A stretch of DNA of 38,726 nt from a virus (IMGVR_UViG_2541047763_000005:1-38726), one strand, 5' to 3'. Shown: positions 20,377-30,391, numbered from the stretch's first letter. Program-made: numbers and translations. Notes: generated by a model from the sequence alone, not told the origin.

Positions 20377-20814
20377 TTATTTTAAGCACTGCGTCCTAAT
20401 GTAATCCTGCAAGTAGTTAACCTGCGCGGTTATCCTGTCGATTCCACTTCGGAGACGGTAATAATTGAGTTCAGCATCTGCTGTAAGTCCTGGGCTTTCT
20501 CCATCGCCCATGCTGCTGGCTCCGGTCGTTGACTTTGCACAGGTGGCGGCGACTTGCAGGCGCTTACGACCAGCAGAAACATCAGCACGGAGACTTTCGA
20601 TAGTCGCGTTAGCATCAGCAAGCTCCTTTGTGTATCTGGCGTCGAGTTCTGCTACATCACGTTGACGCTTCTGCATGTCAGCGATGATGTACGTGGCTTT
20701 ATCGCGCTGGGTTTTGTAGGTAATGGCGTTATCACGGTAATGATTAACAGCCCACGACAGGCAGACGATGATGCAGATAATCAGAGCGGAGATAATCGCG
20801 GTTACTCTGCTCAT
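20377..20814 (-). CDS. Rz: spanin inner-membrane subunit Rz
   Basis: 145-aa ORF; N-terminus [33 protein letters not shown] matches lambda Rz; the C-terminal half diverges. Confidence 0.85.
   Translation of the reverse strand: MSRVTAIISALIICIIVCLSWAVNHYRDNAITYKTQRDKATYIIADMQKRQRDVAELDARYTKELADANATIESLRADVSAGRKRLQVAATCAKSTTGASSMGDGESPGLTADAELNYYRLRSGIDRITAQVNYLQDYIRTQCLK
20430..20621 (-). CDS. Rz1: spanin outer-membrane lipoprotein Rz1, embedded in Rz in the +1 frame
   Basis: 63-aa ORF wholly inside Rz; signal plus lipobox LLVVSAC and a Pro-rich mature region, as in lambda Rz1. Confidence 0.8.
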   Translation of the reverse strand: MLMLTRLSKVSVLMFLLVVSACKSPPPVQSQRPEPAAWAMEKAQDLQQMLNSIITVSEVESTG

Positions 20815-21287
20815 GCCTCAATCTCTCTTACCGTTCCGCCAGCTTCTTTGAATTTTGCAATCAGGCTGTCAGCCTTATGCTCGAACTGACCATAACCAGC
20901 GCCCGGCAGTGAAGCCCAGATATTGCTGCAACGGTCGATTGCCTGACGGATATCACCGCGATCAATCATCGGTAAAGCGCCACGCTCCTTAATCTGCTGC
21001 AGCGCAACGGCGTCCTGGCTTTTCGGAGAGAAGTCTTTCAGGCCAAGCTGCTTACGATAGGCATCCCACCAACGGGAAAGAATCTGGTAACGTCCGGCTG
21101 CTGTTGATTTGAGTTTGGGGTTTAGCGTGACAAGTTTGCGAGGGTGATCGGAGTAATCAGTGAATAGCTCTCCGCCTACAATGACGTCATAACCATGATT
21201 TCTGGTTTTCTGACGTCCGTTATCAGTTCCCTCTGACCACGCCAGCATATCGAGGAACGCCTTACGTTGATTATTGATTTCCACCAT
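20811..21287 (-). CDS. R: endolysin R (lytic transglycosylase), lambda type
   Basis: 158-aa ORF; [52 protein letters not shown]... is essentially the lambda R sequence as I recall it. Confidence 0.95.
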   Translation of the reverse strand: MVEINNQRKAFLDMLAWSEGTDNGRQKTRNHGYDVIVGGELFTDYSDHPRKLVTLNPKLKSTAAGRYQILSRWWDAYRKQLGLKDFSPKSQDAVALQQIKERGALPMIDRGDIRQAIDRCSNIWASLPGAGYGQFEHKADSLIAKFKEAGGTVREIEA

Positions 21288-21594
21288 CTTCTACTCCGGC
21301 TTTTTTAGCAGCGAAGCGTTTGATAAGCGAACCAATCGAGTCAGTACCGATGTAGCCGATGAACACGCTAGTTATATAAGCGAGATTGCTACTTAGTCCG
21401 GCGAAGTCGAGAAGGTCACGAATGAACCAGGCGATAATGGCGCACATCGTTGCGTCGATTACTGTTTTTGTAAACGCACCGCCATTATACCTGCCGCGAA
21501 GGTACGCCATTGCAAACGCAAGGATTGCCCCGATGCCTTGTTCCTTTGCCGCGAGAATGGCGGCTAACAGGTCATGTTTTTCTGGCATCTTCAT
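21271..21594 (-). CDS. S: holin/antiholin S with dual start (S107/S105), lambda type
   Basis: 107-aa ORF beginning [39 protein letters not shown]...; Met1-Lys2-Met3 dual-start motif; essentially identical to lambda S. Confidence 0.95.
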   Translation of the reverse strand: MKMPEKHDLLAAILAAKEQGIGAILAFAMAYLRGRYNGGAFTKTVIDATMCAIIAWFIRDLLDFAGLSSNLAYITSVFIGYIGTDSIGSLIKRFAAKKAGVEDGGNQ

Positions 21595-21620
21595 GTCTTA
21601 CCCCCAATAAGGGGATTTGC
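21595..21620 (-). promoter_or_regulatory. sdi-like stem-loop at the S translation start
   Basis: CCCC-UUAUU-GGGG hairpin immediately 5' of the S ribosome-binding site and start codons, as in lambda. Confidence 0.5.
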
Positions 21621-21835
21621 TCTATTTAATTAGGAATAAGGTCGATTACTGATAGAACAAATCCAGGCTACTGTGTTTAGTAATCAGATTTGTTCGTGAC
21701 CGATATGCACGGGCAAAACGGCAGGAGGTTGTTAGCGCAACCTCATGCCACCCGCTTTCACGAAGGTCATGTGAGAAGGCCGCAGCGTAACTATCACTGA
21801 TGAATTCAGGATAGCCAGTGGCTACGGCTCAGTTA

Positions 21836-21911
21836 TGGTGCTGGTTAACGGACTTGAACCGCTACCCATTCGCTTACAAGGCGACTGCTCTACCATTGGA
21901 GCTAAACCAGC
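21836..21911 (-). tRNA. tRNA, anticodon UGU (Thr) by hand folding
   Basis: 76-nt cloverleaf read from the reverse complement: acceptor GCTGGTT/AACCAGC, D-arm GCTC..GAGC, anticodon loop CTTGTAA, T-arm AGCGG-TTCAAGT-CCGTT, 3' CCA encoded. Confidence 0.6.
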
Positions 21912-21916
21912 ATGTT

Positions 21917-21991
21917 TGGCGGGACAGCGTGGGCTCGAACCACGATAAGAAGGTTAACAGCCTTCCGTAATGACCTTTATACGACTGACCC
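21917..21991 (-). tRNA. tRNA-like gene, anticodon GUU (Asn) by hand folding; non-canonical
   Basis: 75 nt: perfect T-arm CGTGG-TTCGAGC-CCACG, anticodon arm GAAGG-CTGTTAA-CCTTC, CCA encoded, but one acceptor mismatch and a compressed D-arm. May be a degenerate phage tRNA. Confidence 0.45.
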
Positions 21992-22054
21992 AAATAAAAA
22001 AAGCCACCGTTGCAACTTAAGAGTCACTAACGGCAGCTTACCTTCTAATTATGG

Positions 22055-22573
22055 CTAAATGGATAATTGCATGTCAAGGCTTTTAACAGCAACATGCTTA
22101 ACTTTCTCAACACGTTTACGCATTTTGAAAGCATTTTGCATTGGCTGGTACAAAACAAATAACGACGCTTTCAGGATGTCGTCAATTTCGTTTCTACAGG
22201 TTGCCAGTGAAGGTTTTCTCCATCCCTCGCCACCACGTCCACACATCTTGCGTGGCTTTGCAGTCGCGTGATAGTAGGATGCAATTGCTCGCTTAGATGA
22301 ACCATGAGCGTAGTAGCTGAGGAGGATGCCAAAGGCTTTCTTGTCAATGCACATGACGGAATCGACGACCTGAGAAATCAACATTCCATCATCATCATTG
22401 CACATTGGCCTTGTCATAACTCTTCCCGGCTCTACGCTCTCCATGAACTTCGCTATTACGCTGCTCATGCGCTTTTCCAGACGACCTGAATAAACCCATG
22501 CGCCCCACAGTTCAAGCCAGCCATTCAGCCACTCGTGCTGCTCTTTGGTGAGGTTTAGCTCTCTTATGCTCAT
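22055..22573 (-). CDS. Q: late-gene antiterminator Q (phage 82 / 933W-type family)
   Basis: 172-aa ORF after ninH and upstream of the tRNAs and S; motifs LELWGAWV, CNDDDGMLISQVVDSVM and LLSYYAHG resemble the 933W/82-type Q family as I recall it; unlike lambda Q. Confidence 0.65.
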   Translation of the reverse strand: MSIRELNLTKEQHEWLNGWLELWGAWVYSGRLEKRMSSVIAKFMESVEPGRVMTRPMCNDDDGMLISQVVDSVMCIDKKAFGILLSYYAHGSSKRAIASYYHATAKPRKMCGRGGEGWRKPSLATCRNEIDDILKASLFVLYQPMQNAFKMRKRVEKVKHVAVKSLDMQLSI

Positions 22574-22758
22574 CGTCTTCCCCTCTTGCCCTGTTTGACC
22601 ATCAGGACGCCGTTAACTATTACGTGACGCTCGCCTTTGCTGTCTCGGTTGTACTTGAGCACTGTTCCTCTTGCGCAGGAAAGCATCCTCGCCACTTCGG
22701 TCTGATTGCCTCGTGTCTGGATAAGAAGCTCTGGTATCGTTTGAATTGTGGCGTTCAT
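22570..22758 (-). CDS. ninH: NinH-like protein
   Basis: 62-aa ORF; core GNQTEVAR...C.RGTV.KY......H.IVN.VLMV matches lambda NinH. Confidence 0.7.
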   Translation of the reverse strand: MNATIQTIPELLIQTRGNQTEVARMLSCARGTVLKYNRDSKGERHVIVNGVLMVKQGKRGRR

Positions 22759-23117
22759 ACGTTCTCCAGTTCGGTGATTTTTATTCCAAGCCGTCCGCCT
22801 GGTACTTTCACACCACGAATTACGCGAATGTCATCGAATTGCTCGTCGTCTTCCGCAAATCCGGCGTGGATAAGTGAGTCGAGTAAACCTTTCAGGATGT
22901 TATCGAGGTCGCGGCGGCGGGAGTCTGGCACGTCTGTGATGACTTTGATGCGGAGTCGTGATTTGGTGAAAATGTCTAACTTAAGTTGGCGGATGATTTG
23001 CTGAACGTCTTTTCGGTATTTCTGGCCTTTATCGCTGATGTAGTATTGACTTCCCCGTCTTCGCCAGTAGGTATTCACCGACGGCGGGTATGGAAGCACA
23101 AACTGATATTCGTTCAT
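22755..23117 (-). CDS. rusA: RusA-family Holliday junction resolvase
   Basis: 120-aa ORF starting MNEYQFVLPYPPSVNTYWRRRG, the typical RusA N-terminus, with downstream acidic catalytic residues; nin-region position. Confidence 0.85.
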   Translation of the reverse strand: MNEYQFVLPYPPSVNTYWRRRGSQYYISDKGQKYRKDVQQIIRQLKLDIFTKSRLRIKVITDVPDSRRRDLDNILKGLLDSLIHAGFAEDDEQFDDIRVIRGVKVPGGRLGIKITELENV

Positions 23118-23404
23118 GGCTTAATCTTCCCCTCCTTCAGCAGTATCGCCTGCGTCCTGATCACGCCTTCGAGGTGGTAAAGTCTGGCGTCTTTGTTGTC
23201 GAGGTTATGGGTGCGTCGGTCGATTTCATCGTGACACGCGCTACAAGCCCATGCGCCGATCAGGTCGTCAGGCTTCATTCCCGTTCCGCAAATTCCAGCC
23301 ATCCGGTAATGTGCCAGAACTGTAGTTTCAGGATTACCATTGCATATTCCGTAAATACGTACCTGGCATTCTCTGCCGCGCGCTTCTTTGCGTAGGTTAG
23401 CCAT
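23114..23404 (-). CDS. small Cys-rich nin-region protein (YbcO-like by position)
   Basis: 96-aa ORF immediately upstream of rusA, with a Cys/His cluster (CQVRIYGICNG...CSACHDEIDRR); resembles the gene preceding rusA in DLP12-type prophages (recollection). Confidence 0.5.
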   Translation of the reverse strand: MANLRKEARGRECQVRIYGICNGNPETTVLAHYRMAGICGTGMKPDDLIGAWACSACHDEIDRRTHNLDNKDARLYHLEGVIRTQAILLKEGKIKP

Positions 23405-24127
23405 TAAGCAGCCTCCCCTGTTACTTTCAGCATTCCGTTATCGAGCAGCTTTCTGGTCAGCCACTGTTGACCACGCCCGGTGATTTTTGTGGTGAACGAT
23501 ATCTGTATTCCGTGATTTGTGTTGACCGCTGTTTCTTTCACTGTGAAATAGCCGCGATCCATATATTCCTGCATTGGCACATTGCGCCGGGAACCTGAAG
23601 CAATAAGGATTTTGTGATCGCGCATCCACGCAAACAGTTTGTTTGGACCAATACCGACAACCTTTGCAAAGTTTCCAATCAAAATTCCGCTGGCCTCGCC
23701 AACGCGATCGGCAAACTCAACTTTAGGTGCGGCAATTGCGAGCTGGTTTTCCAGTTGCATTTTCTGCTCAGCAAGATCAGCAGCAAGGCGCAACGCTTCT
23801 GGTAGCGTTTTGGGGGATATTAACCGCAGCTTCTTCAAGCTCTCGCCAACGGTCAACAAGACGAGCGGTGAATTCCGGCGACAACTGAGCGACGACAATA
23901 ATGCTGTCTCGCTTACCTTGTTCGCCCTCAAAAACGTAAGCCTCTACGCCACGAAGTAATCCTAAGTTATTGATTTTTTCGAAAACCACCATTGGGGGAT
24001 TTCGGATCACACCTCGAGCCGCCAGTCGTTCAATAGATTGTTTCACCTTGTCATGACGACTTCCCACCAACTCAGCGATTTCAATGCTTGTCATTTTGAT
24101 GGCATTGCCATTTATTAACTCACTCAT
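23404..24127 (-). pseudogene. Rha-N / KilAC-C antirepressor-like gene split over two reading frames
   Basis: Track ORF 23777..24127 carries a Rha-like N-terminal domain and ORF 23404..23931 a KilAC-like C-terminal domain (...GNFAKVVGIGPNKLFAWMRDHKIL...); they overlap in different frames at 23777-23931, so either a frameshift or a sequence error. Confidence 0.5.
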
Positions 24128-24296
24128 CGTCTTCTTCCTCGTACATTGAGCTATTCGGATCGCTCATCAGTTCTGCGCAGCAGTGCTCACACACGTGAAC
24201 TTCCAGCACATGCAGCTTCTGACCGCAGTTAGCGCACGTTAAAGCCCGCTCGACGCTTTCTTTCTGGTATTGAAGTGATTGGGATGGGCTAAGCAT
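24120..24296 (-). CDS. ninF: NinF
   Basis: From the internal Met the product [56 protein letters not shown]. matches lambda NinF almost exactly (58 aa). Confidence 0.8.
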   Translation of the reverse strand: MLSPSQSLQYQKESVERALTCANCGQKLHVLEVHVCEHCCAELMSDPNSSMYEEEDDE

Positions 24297-24696
24297 GGCT
24301 TTCACCATTAAAAAGTCGCTTGTAAGCATCAATGTCTCGTTTTGCTTCACCAAGCTTTCGTCTTAATTCCATGTTTTCTGATTCAAGTTTTTCCATGTCT
24401 TGTTGGTATCGATCGCGGTGTTCTTTCCATGCTTTTCGATACGCCTTCATGTATGTCGTATTGGCCTTTCTCTTTGCCTGACGAACTGCGTGGTGGTTTT
24501 CCACAAACCAGTCAGGGTCGTTAAATGCTGCTCTGGCGCATGTATACCAATAATTTGTTGCCTCCCTGTTTAGCCAATAAATACTGATAAATGGCAACTG
24601 GATAGACACCATTTTTCGTTGAGACTCTTTCTCGCCAAACATGTGCCCTTTTTTGATGCTAAGGCCAAATCCAGGTTGAATTAAAAGCATTGTCAT
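24289..24696 (-). CDS. hypothetical nin-region protein with C-terminal coiled coil
   Basis: About 135 aa from the ATG that overlaps the ninE stop (ATGA); C-terminus [32 protein letters not shown]; no family recognised. Confidence 0.45.
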   Translation of the reverse strand: MTMLLIQPGFGLSIKKGHMFGEKESQRKMVSIQLPFISIYWLNREATNYWYTCARAAFNDPDWFVENHHAVRQAKRKANTTYMKAYRKAWKEHRDRYQQDMEKLESENMELRRKLGEAKRDIDAYKRLFNGESHA

Positions 24697-24869
24697 TTCC
24701 TCGCACGATGTCTTAGCCACCGGATATCCCACAGGTGAGCCGTGTAGTTGAAGGTTTTTACGTCAGATTCTTTTGGGATTGGCTTGCGTTTATTTCTGGA
24801 GCGTTTCGTTGGAAGGTATTTGCAGTTTTCGCAGATGATGTCGGTGAAACTTCGTCGCTGTCGTCTCAT
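24693..24869 (-). CDS. ninE: NinE (58 aa, below the ORF-track cutoff)
   Basis: Hand translation [58 protein letters not shown] matches lambda NinE; ATGA overlap with the ninB stop. Confidence 0.7.
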   Translation of the reverse strand: MRRQRRSFTDIICENCKYLPTKRSRNKRKPIPKESDVKTFNYTAHLWDIRWLRHRARK

Positions 24870-25276
24870 TCGTACCTCCTGTCGGTAAATCTGACACCCT
24901 GACCAATAGCCCAGGCTGTTGTGTACTCAATCAGACTTGCCATACGCTTCACACTCATCTGCGCGCTGCTTTCGCGGATGTTGACGTATTCGCCTTCAAG
25001 CCCGGGCAAAACATCAGCTTCCTGCTTTGTTGCCACTGCATGACCGCTTATCAACAAAACCTTCCATTGTTCTGGTTTTAACCATTTATCGCGCCACTGA
25101 ACTTGCCTGGCGATATCTGCGACCATCGCGTGAAATTTTGCGTTCTGGTCAAGGTTGCGCTTGTAGTCAGTAATGCGGATGGTGACTGGCTTGTCTTTAT
25201 CGAGTGGTGTTGCGAGGATGGCATTTATTGCAGCTTGCTGTTGTTGCTTAGTTCGGAGGAATATTGTTTGCTTCAC
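24866..25276 (-). CDS. ninB: NinB (Orf-family recombination mediator)
   Basis: 136-aa ORF; motifs [20 protein letters not shown].....KPEQWK resemble lambda NinB (RSLDQNRKLWACLGDVSRQVEW). Confidence 0.85.
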   Translation of the reverse strand: MKQTIFLRTKQQQQAAINAILATPLDKDKPVTIRITDYKRNLDQNAKFHAMVADIARQVQWRDKWLKPEQWKVLLISGHAVATKQEADVLPGLEGEYVNIRESSAQMSVKRMASLIEYTTAWAIGQGVRFTDRRYE

Positions 25277-25287
25277 TGAACACTCCT

Positions 25288-25479
25288 TTATTTTTTATGC
25301 CTGTAACCCCATTCTTCCAGCAACCTTGCGGCGTACCACCCAAGAAACAAAGGAAAGAACATTACAATGAGATATTCCCCGCCACGGTCAATGTTCGAAA
25401 TTGACCAGATTACGATGTAACCAGTGCAGGACAGGAATATTACAAACCCCAAAAAGCTACTTCGTCGACTCATGCTCAC
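25288..25479 (-). CDS. small hydrophobic protein
   Basis: 63-aa ORF with two predicted hydrophobic helices; overlaps the next gene's start. Confidence 0.35.
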   Translation of the reverse strand: MSMSRRSSFLGFVIFLSCTGYIVIWSISNIDRGGEYLIVMFFPLFLGWYAARLLEEWGYRHKK

Positions 25480-25745
25480 TCCTTCACTTTGACTCCAGCA
25501 GCGCGGATGTTTTCCTCATAAGCATCCATTCCATCACCGAAGCCATTGGAATAATCAACAGTAAACCCTTTGGCTAATGCTTCTCTGCTGTCGATAAACT
25601 TTGGCGCGGTTATTTCAATAGCTGCTCGAGATGCCTTCCACGCTTGCCAATACATCTCAACCATATTGGCGTATATTTTATTTTTAGGATCACATCCGGT
25701 GTAACTTTCAAACCATTCTTCAAACTGCTTTCTTGATTCGTCCAT
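25476..25745 (-). CDS. hypothetical protein
   Basis: 89-aa acidic ORF in the helicase-to-ninB interval. Confidence 0.4.
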   Translation of the reverse strand: MDESRKQFEEWFESYTGCDPKNKIYANMVEMYWQAWKASRAAIEITAPKFIDSREALAKGFTVDYSNGFGDGMDAYEENIRAAGVKVKE

Positions 25746-25756
25746 ATCAATCCCCG

Positions 25757-25957
25757 TTATGACAGGTTAATTTTCACCCAACCCTTCCCACGCACATTTG
25801 CAACAAGCCCTTTCTTTCTCAGGTATTGTATACGGCGATCGATGGTTTCGATATACATTCCATTGCTCCGCCATTTAAGCCAGATATCAAAAACAGGTGT
25901 TGGTCTTTCACTCAGCATTGAAAGAATGTTTTGATCTAATTTTTCGTACTTGCTCAC
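25757..25957 (-). CDS. hypothetical small protein, possibly DNA-binding
   Basis: 66-aa basic ORF; ends RIQYLRKKGLVANVRGKGWVKINL, suggestive of a winged helix. Confidence 0.4.
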   Translation of the reverse strand: MSKYEKLDQNILSMLSERPTPVFDIWLKWRSNGMYIETIDRRIQYLRKKGLVANVRGKGWVKINLS

Positions 25958-26280
25958 AAATACCCTCTCTCACTTAATCGCGCCCACGCTTCGTTAAACT
26001 CTTCTCGGGTTGCGCCGGATTTTCTTTCTTCAAACATCATGCATTCGCTGATGTCTCCCCATGACTTTGGTCGCTTTTCAGCGAACAGATCATCCCATTC
26101 GAATACCCAGCGTCCTGATTTTCGGTAGTGGTAAATGGTCAGCCATGTTGTGCTGTTCGCTGGATACCCATAGAGAACTTCGACTTTTTGATCACGGTCT
26201 TTATGCTTTTTCAGCAGGATAAAGCCAGCAACCAGCGAAGCTCCGGCAAGAATGATGATTGGAATTTGCCAGTCAGCCAC
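25954..26280 (-). CDS. membrane-anchored hypothetical protein
   Basis: 108-aa ORF with one N-terminal hydrophobic helix (IPIIILAGASLVAGFILL). Confidence 0.4.
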   Translation of the reverse strand: MADWQIPIIILAGASLVAGFILLKKHKDRDQKVEVLYGYPANSTTWLTIYHYRKSGRWVFEWDDLFAEKRPKSWGDISECMMFEERKSGATREEFNEAWARLSERGYL

Positions 26281-26352
26281 ACTTCCCTCTCCCCCAAATA
26301 AAAAGGCCTGCGATTACCAGCAGGCCTGTTATTAGCTCAGTGATGTAGATGG

Positions 26353-27729
26353 TCATACGTCAGCCCCTTGTGCATATCGTCTGCCACGCGCAGCAGGTGC
26401 ATTTGATGTTGTGCAAATCTGTCTGGCTTCATCCTGGTCACATGCAACAAAGTGTCCGTTGCAGAACCGCTGGTAAACCGTACCAAGTGAGCCAAAACGG
26501 TTTTTCGTCACGATGATTTCAGCAAATGGCGCGGCGCTACTGTTCTCGTCATATACCGCTTCCCGATAGAGCATGATGATTGAGTCTGCGTCCTGTTCAA
26601 TGCTTCCTGAATCACGCAAATCTGCGTTTGTCGGGCGTTTGTTTGGTCGCTTCTCAACATCGCGCGAAAGCTGACTCAGGGAGATAACCGGTGTTTTCAG
26701 GTCTTTCGCCATCGCCTTCAGGCTTCCGGAGATGTGAGCAATTGCGAGGTCGTTGCGATCTGCTTTCGGCTTCTCAATCAGGCCAAGATAATCCACCATG
26801 ATGAGTGACAGGTTTGGATTTTCCTGTTTGTGCCGTTCTGCGATTGAGCGTATTTCTTCGACCGATAACCGCGAGGCATCGACTACCCATACATCCAAAT
26901 CTGCAAGCTGACTCATGCCGTTAGCAACACGCGCCCAGCCCTCGTCATCCATCGATGCAGGATTTCGCAGTACGCTAACCGACATCCTCCCGGCGTTGGC
27001 AATGCTTCGCTCTGCAATCTGTAATGCGCTCATTTCCATTGAGAAAATCAATACTCCACGCCGGATGTCAGAACCAGGAATAACACGACTTGCAACGCCT
27101 TCGGCAATCTTCAGCGCCAGTTCGGTTTTACCCATACCAGGACGAGCGGCGATTATCACCAGGTCTTCCGCGTTCATCCCTCCGGTGATGGCATCAAGTT
27201 CTTCGATTCCGGTCTTCAGGGTATCGGACTCTTCTCCGTTCCTCAGACGCCTGTCAAGCGTGTCAGTGTAGTCGGTGATGATTTCCCCTAACCGTACAGG
27301 TTTAACCTCGTCACGGGGCTTTCTGATGGCTGAAAGACGCTTTACAAGCTCATCCATCGCCTGACTCGATGCGTCGATGGTTCCGCTTTGGATTGGTTCA
27401 CGCATTTCATCCATGATTTCCAGCACCAGACGGCGGTGATAGTTATCCGCGACCATTCCGGCATATCCCTTCAGGTTTGCGGCACTCGGGCAGTTTTTGC
27501 TGGTCATCAGGATTGACGTGAAATGCTCCTCTCCGCACTCCTCGGCAACCATCAGCGCGTCGATTAGGTTTCTGTTTCGCGCCTGCTTGCGGATAACCTC
27601 GAAGGCTTTCCGGTAGAGCGGAATTGAAAACGCTTCCGGCTCCAGCGTTGCCAGAACGTCGCTGGCGGTTGGTGTTAATCCACCAATCAGCAGGCCACCG
27701 ATAACGCTCGCTTCGATATCCTGTCTCAT
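26353..27729 (-). CDS. replicative DNA helicase, DnaB family (P22 gene 12-like)
   Basis: 458-aa ORF with Walker A GMGKT, Walker [10 protein letters not shown] and DnaB-type N-terminal domain motifs; overlaps the initiator gene stop. Confidence 0.9.
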   Translation of the reverse strand: MRQDIEASVIGGLLIGGLTPTASDVLATLEPEAFSIPLYRKAFEVIRKQARNRNLIDALMVAEECGEEHFTSILMTSKNCPSAANLKGYAGMVADNYHRRLVLEIMDEMREPIQSGTIDASSQAMDELVKRLSAIRKPRDEVKPVRLGEIITDYTDTLDRRLRNGEESDTLKTGIEELDAITGGMNAEDLVIIAARPGMGKTELALKIAEGVASRVIPGSDIRRGVLIFSMEMSALQIAERSIANAGRMSVSVLRNPASMDDEGWARVANGMSQLADLDVWVVDASRLSVEEIRSIAERHKQENPNLSLIMVDYLGLIEKPKADRNDLAIAHISGSLKAMAKDLKTPVISLSQLSRDVEKRPNKRPTNADLRDSGSIEQDADSIIMLYREAVYDENSSAAPFAEIIVTKNRFGSLGTVYQRFCNGHFVACDQDEARQICTTSNAPAARGRRYAQGADV

Positions 27730-28673
27730 GCAATCCCCCTGTCTGCAAACTTCCCTTCCCGTACTCCCGTTAACGAATCTTCCCTCAGCAGGTAATCAAA
27801 ATCAGCCGTCCAGCCCGTGTCGTTGTCTCCGAAGTAAAACGGCTTGGCCTGATGCACAAACGCCCTGACATACGCTCTGAAACCGTCCACATTTGGCGTT
27901 TTCAGTTGCGGGATGATTTTCTTCAGGCGGCGTTTGCGTTTCTCGTTGACCGCAACAGCGTGTGGAAGTCTGTCACCGACTTCGGTGTTGTAGGCGTTCA
28001 GGAAGGATTCGTAGTCGATTCGTTCTGCCTTGCGACGTTCAGGTTTAACCTGCCCATCGCCTCCCCCATTGGGGGGTAGGGGGGTATTATTTATATTCTT
28101 GTTAATACCTTCTTGTTCATGATGTGCGGTTGTTTGTGCGGCTTCATGTGCGCTTTCATGTGCGGCATGTACGCTGAAAGCCGCGCCATTACTGGCTTCG
28201 TCATGTGCGGCATCATGTGCGGTTGTTTGTGCGGCTTCATGTGCTGGCGAATCGTCCATTTTTTGAGCATATTCATGGTAATTTGTGATGGTAATCACAC
28301 GACCTTTTTGCTTCTCTCCATCAATGGTGATCATCCCCTCTTTCACAAAAACCTGAAGCATCCGCTCAACCTGATCACGGCTTGCCGGCTTGCCATGCCT
28401 GTCGCATAACTGAAGACCTAAATCAGCTGCTGTCACAACCAGTTGACCGGGTTGCAGATGCCATTCATGACCTTTGAAATTCGCTTTGTATGGCTTTCTG
28501 GCGGCATTCAGGAGAAGGTTTTCCCACAGGGTGCGAAGATAAACATCTTTCGCCCATGACTGTTTCAGAATGCTCCGGTACAACGGAATGTAACCAGTTT
28601 TCTGGTTCTCCATCCTGTTGCTCCTGCGCTCGTGTGCGGCGCTGAAATCGTAGATTTTTGCTGTATTGCTCAT
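27726..28673 (-). CDS. replication initiator (lambda O / P22 gene 18 analogue) containing the origin iterons
   Basis: 315-aa ORF directly upstream of the helicase; internal repeats [10 protein letters not shown] encoded by DNA iterons; N-terminal DNA-binding-like region. Confidence 0.7.
   Translation of the reverse strand: MSNTAKIYDFSAAHERRSNRMENQKTGYIPLYRSILKQSWAKDVYLRTLWENLLLNAARKPYKANFKGHEWHLQPGQLVVTAADLGLQLCDRHGKPASRDQVERMLQVFVKEGMITIDGEKQKGRVITITNYHEYAQKMDDSPAHEAAQTTAHDAAHDEASNGAAFSVHAAHESAHEAAQTTAHHEQEGINKNINNTPLPPNGGGDGQVKPERRKAERIDYESFLNAYNTEVGDRLPHAVAVNEKRKRRLKKIIPQLKTPNVDGFRAYVRAFVHQAKPFYFGDNDTGWTADFDYLLREDSLTGVREGKFADRGIA
28122..28244. repeat. origin-like iterons inside the initiator gene
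   Basis: Perfect 30-bp direct repeat ATGTGCGGTTGTTTGTGCGGCTTCATGTGC at 28122-28151 and 28215-28244, plus about 8 copies of the core CATGTGCGG across 28117-28249. Confidence 0.6.
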
Positions 28674-28675
28674 AA

Positions 28676-28948
28676 CTACCTGCCTTGACGAAAGACCTTA
28701 AGAACATCGTTAAACTGACTTACGGATATGTCTTCTTTGAGCAGCTTTTCCAGAAATGCGTTTGGAATGGCCGTATATCCCTCCTCTTTTGGCAGAGACG
28801 GGAGCAACGCCCTCGCCTCAGCCTTCAGAAGCTCAGTTCTGGCAACTTTCACAAAAGAGATTTGAGTTCTTTCATCAATGGAACGAAGGAAGCGCAAACG
28901 CTTAGCTTCTTTGTGTGTATCAGGTGGATTAAAGCCTTTGTTTCGCAT
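28676..28948 (-). CDS. hypothetical protein between cII-like and initiator genes
   Basis: About 90 aa from the internal ATG (MRNKGFNPPDTHKEAKRLRFLRSIDERTQ...) with a GAGG ribosome-binding site; the longer track ORF overlaps the cII-like gene and is probably spurious. Confidence 0.4.
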   Translation of the reverse strand: MRNKGFNPPDTHKEAKRLRFLRSIDERTQISFVKVARTELLKAEARALLPSLPKEEGYTAIPNAFLEKLLKEDISVSQFNDVLKVFRQGR

Positions 28949-28970
28949 ATAATTACCTCGTTGGATGTTG

Positions 28971-29270
28971 TTAAAATTCCATTTGTATTTGATCAGAACG
29001 CTCGGTCTTGCACACCGGGCGTTTTTTATTGGTGAGTCCATCAAGCGCATACTTAAAAGCCCTGCTAATCGGACTGATGTCTGATGCCATTCCGAAAGCA
29101 CACAAGACCGAAGCAATAAACCGCCAGTCCGTTCTGCTTATCTTTGATTCATGACAGCCAATCATCTTTGCCAGACCGCGCTGGGTAAGCGTTGACAGGT
29201 TGATGAGTAAATCTGTTTCTGCGCGATCAACATCGCGCTGTGATAGTTTGCTGTAACTTGTTTGTTCCAT
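28971..29270 (-). CDS. cII: CII-like transcriptional activator
   Basis: 99-aa ORF immediately after cro/nutR; C-terminus ...LTNKKRPVCKTERSDQIQMEF parallels lambda CII ...LTNKKRPAATERSEQIQMEF; helix-turn-helix region present. Confidence 0.8.
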   Translation of the reverse strand: MEQTSYSKLSQRDVDRAETDLLINLSTLTQRGLAKMIGCHESKISRTDWRFIASVLCAFGMASDISPISRAFKYALDGLTNKKRPVCKTERSDQIQMEF

Positions 29271-29305
29271 TTCTTACTATTTCCATAGGTAAATAATCAC
29301 TAATA

Positions 29306-29321
29306 CTCATCTTTCGATGAG
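29306..29321 (-). terminator. tR1-position hairpin between nutR and cII
   Basis: On the minus strand: CUCAUC-GAAA-GAUGAG stem-loop followed by an A/U-rich tract; terminator function inferred only from position. Confidence 0.3.
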
Positions 29322-29334
29322 TTCTTAATTAGTT

Positions 29335-29369
29335 ACCGCGTTGTCGGCGGTGCAGATTGATAAAGAGCG
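29335..29369 (-). promoter_or_regulatory. nutR (boxA + boxB), P22 type
   Basis: Reverse complement gives boxA CGCTCTTTA (29361-29369) directly after the cro stop and boxB ACCGCCGACAACGCGGT (29335-29351), which I recall as the P22 nutR boxB. Confidence 0.6.
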
Positions 29370-29376
29370 GTGTTAC

Positions 29377-29586
<210 letters not shown>

Positions 29587-29603
29587 TTAGTACATGCAAT
29601 CAT

Positions 29604-29667
29604 TATCACCGCTAGAGGTAAAATAGTCAACACGCACGGTGTTAGATATTTATCCCTTGCGGTGATA
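29604..29667. promoter_or_regulatory. right operator OR1-OR2-OR3 with divergent PR and PRM, lambda type
   Basis: Three 17-bp lambda operators: OR1 29604-29620, OR2 29628-29644, OR3 29651-29667. PR -10 GATAAT and -35 TTGACT on the minus strand; PRM TAGATA / TAGATT on the plus strand; cI AUG is at the predicted leaderless start. Confidence 0.9.
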
Positions 29668-29674
29668 GATTTAA

Positions 29675-30391
<717 letters not shown>

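Noticed and set aside
21595-22055. Toxin cargo (e.g. Shiga toxin genes) between Q and S, as in 933W-like phages
   Set aside because: The interval is only about 460 bp and is filled by two tRNA-like genes and short hairpin-containing spacers; there is no ORF of toxin size on either strand.
28117-28249. Possible CRISPR array because of regularly spaced direct repeats
   Set aside because: Only two full 30-bp repeats plus short 9-bp cores, all inside a coding sequence and translated into peptide repeats; no leader, no cas genes, unequal spacing. Consistent with origin iterons instead.
28091-28409. Cys/Met/Phe-rich ORFs (28113..28409 + and 28091..28276 -) that might look like a metal-binding peptide
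   Set aside because: They are out-of-frame or antisense readings of the iteron repeats inside the initiator gene; the composition is an artefact of the CATGTGCGG repeats.
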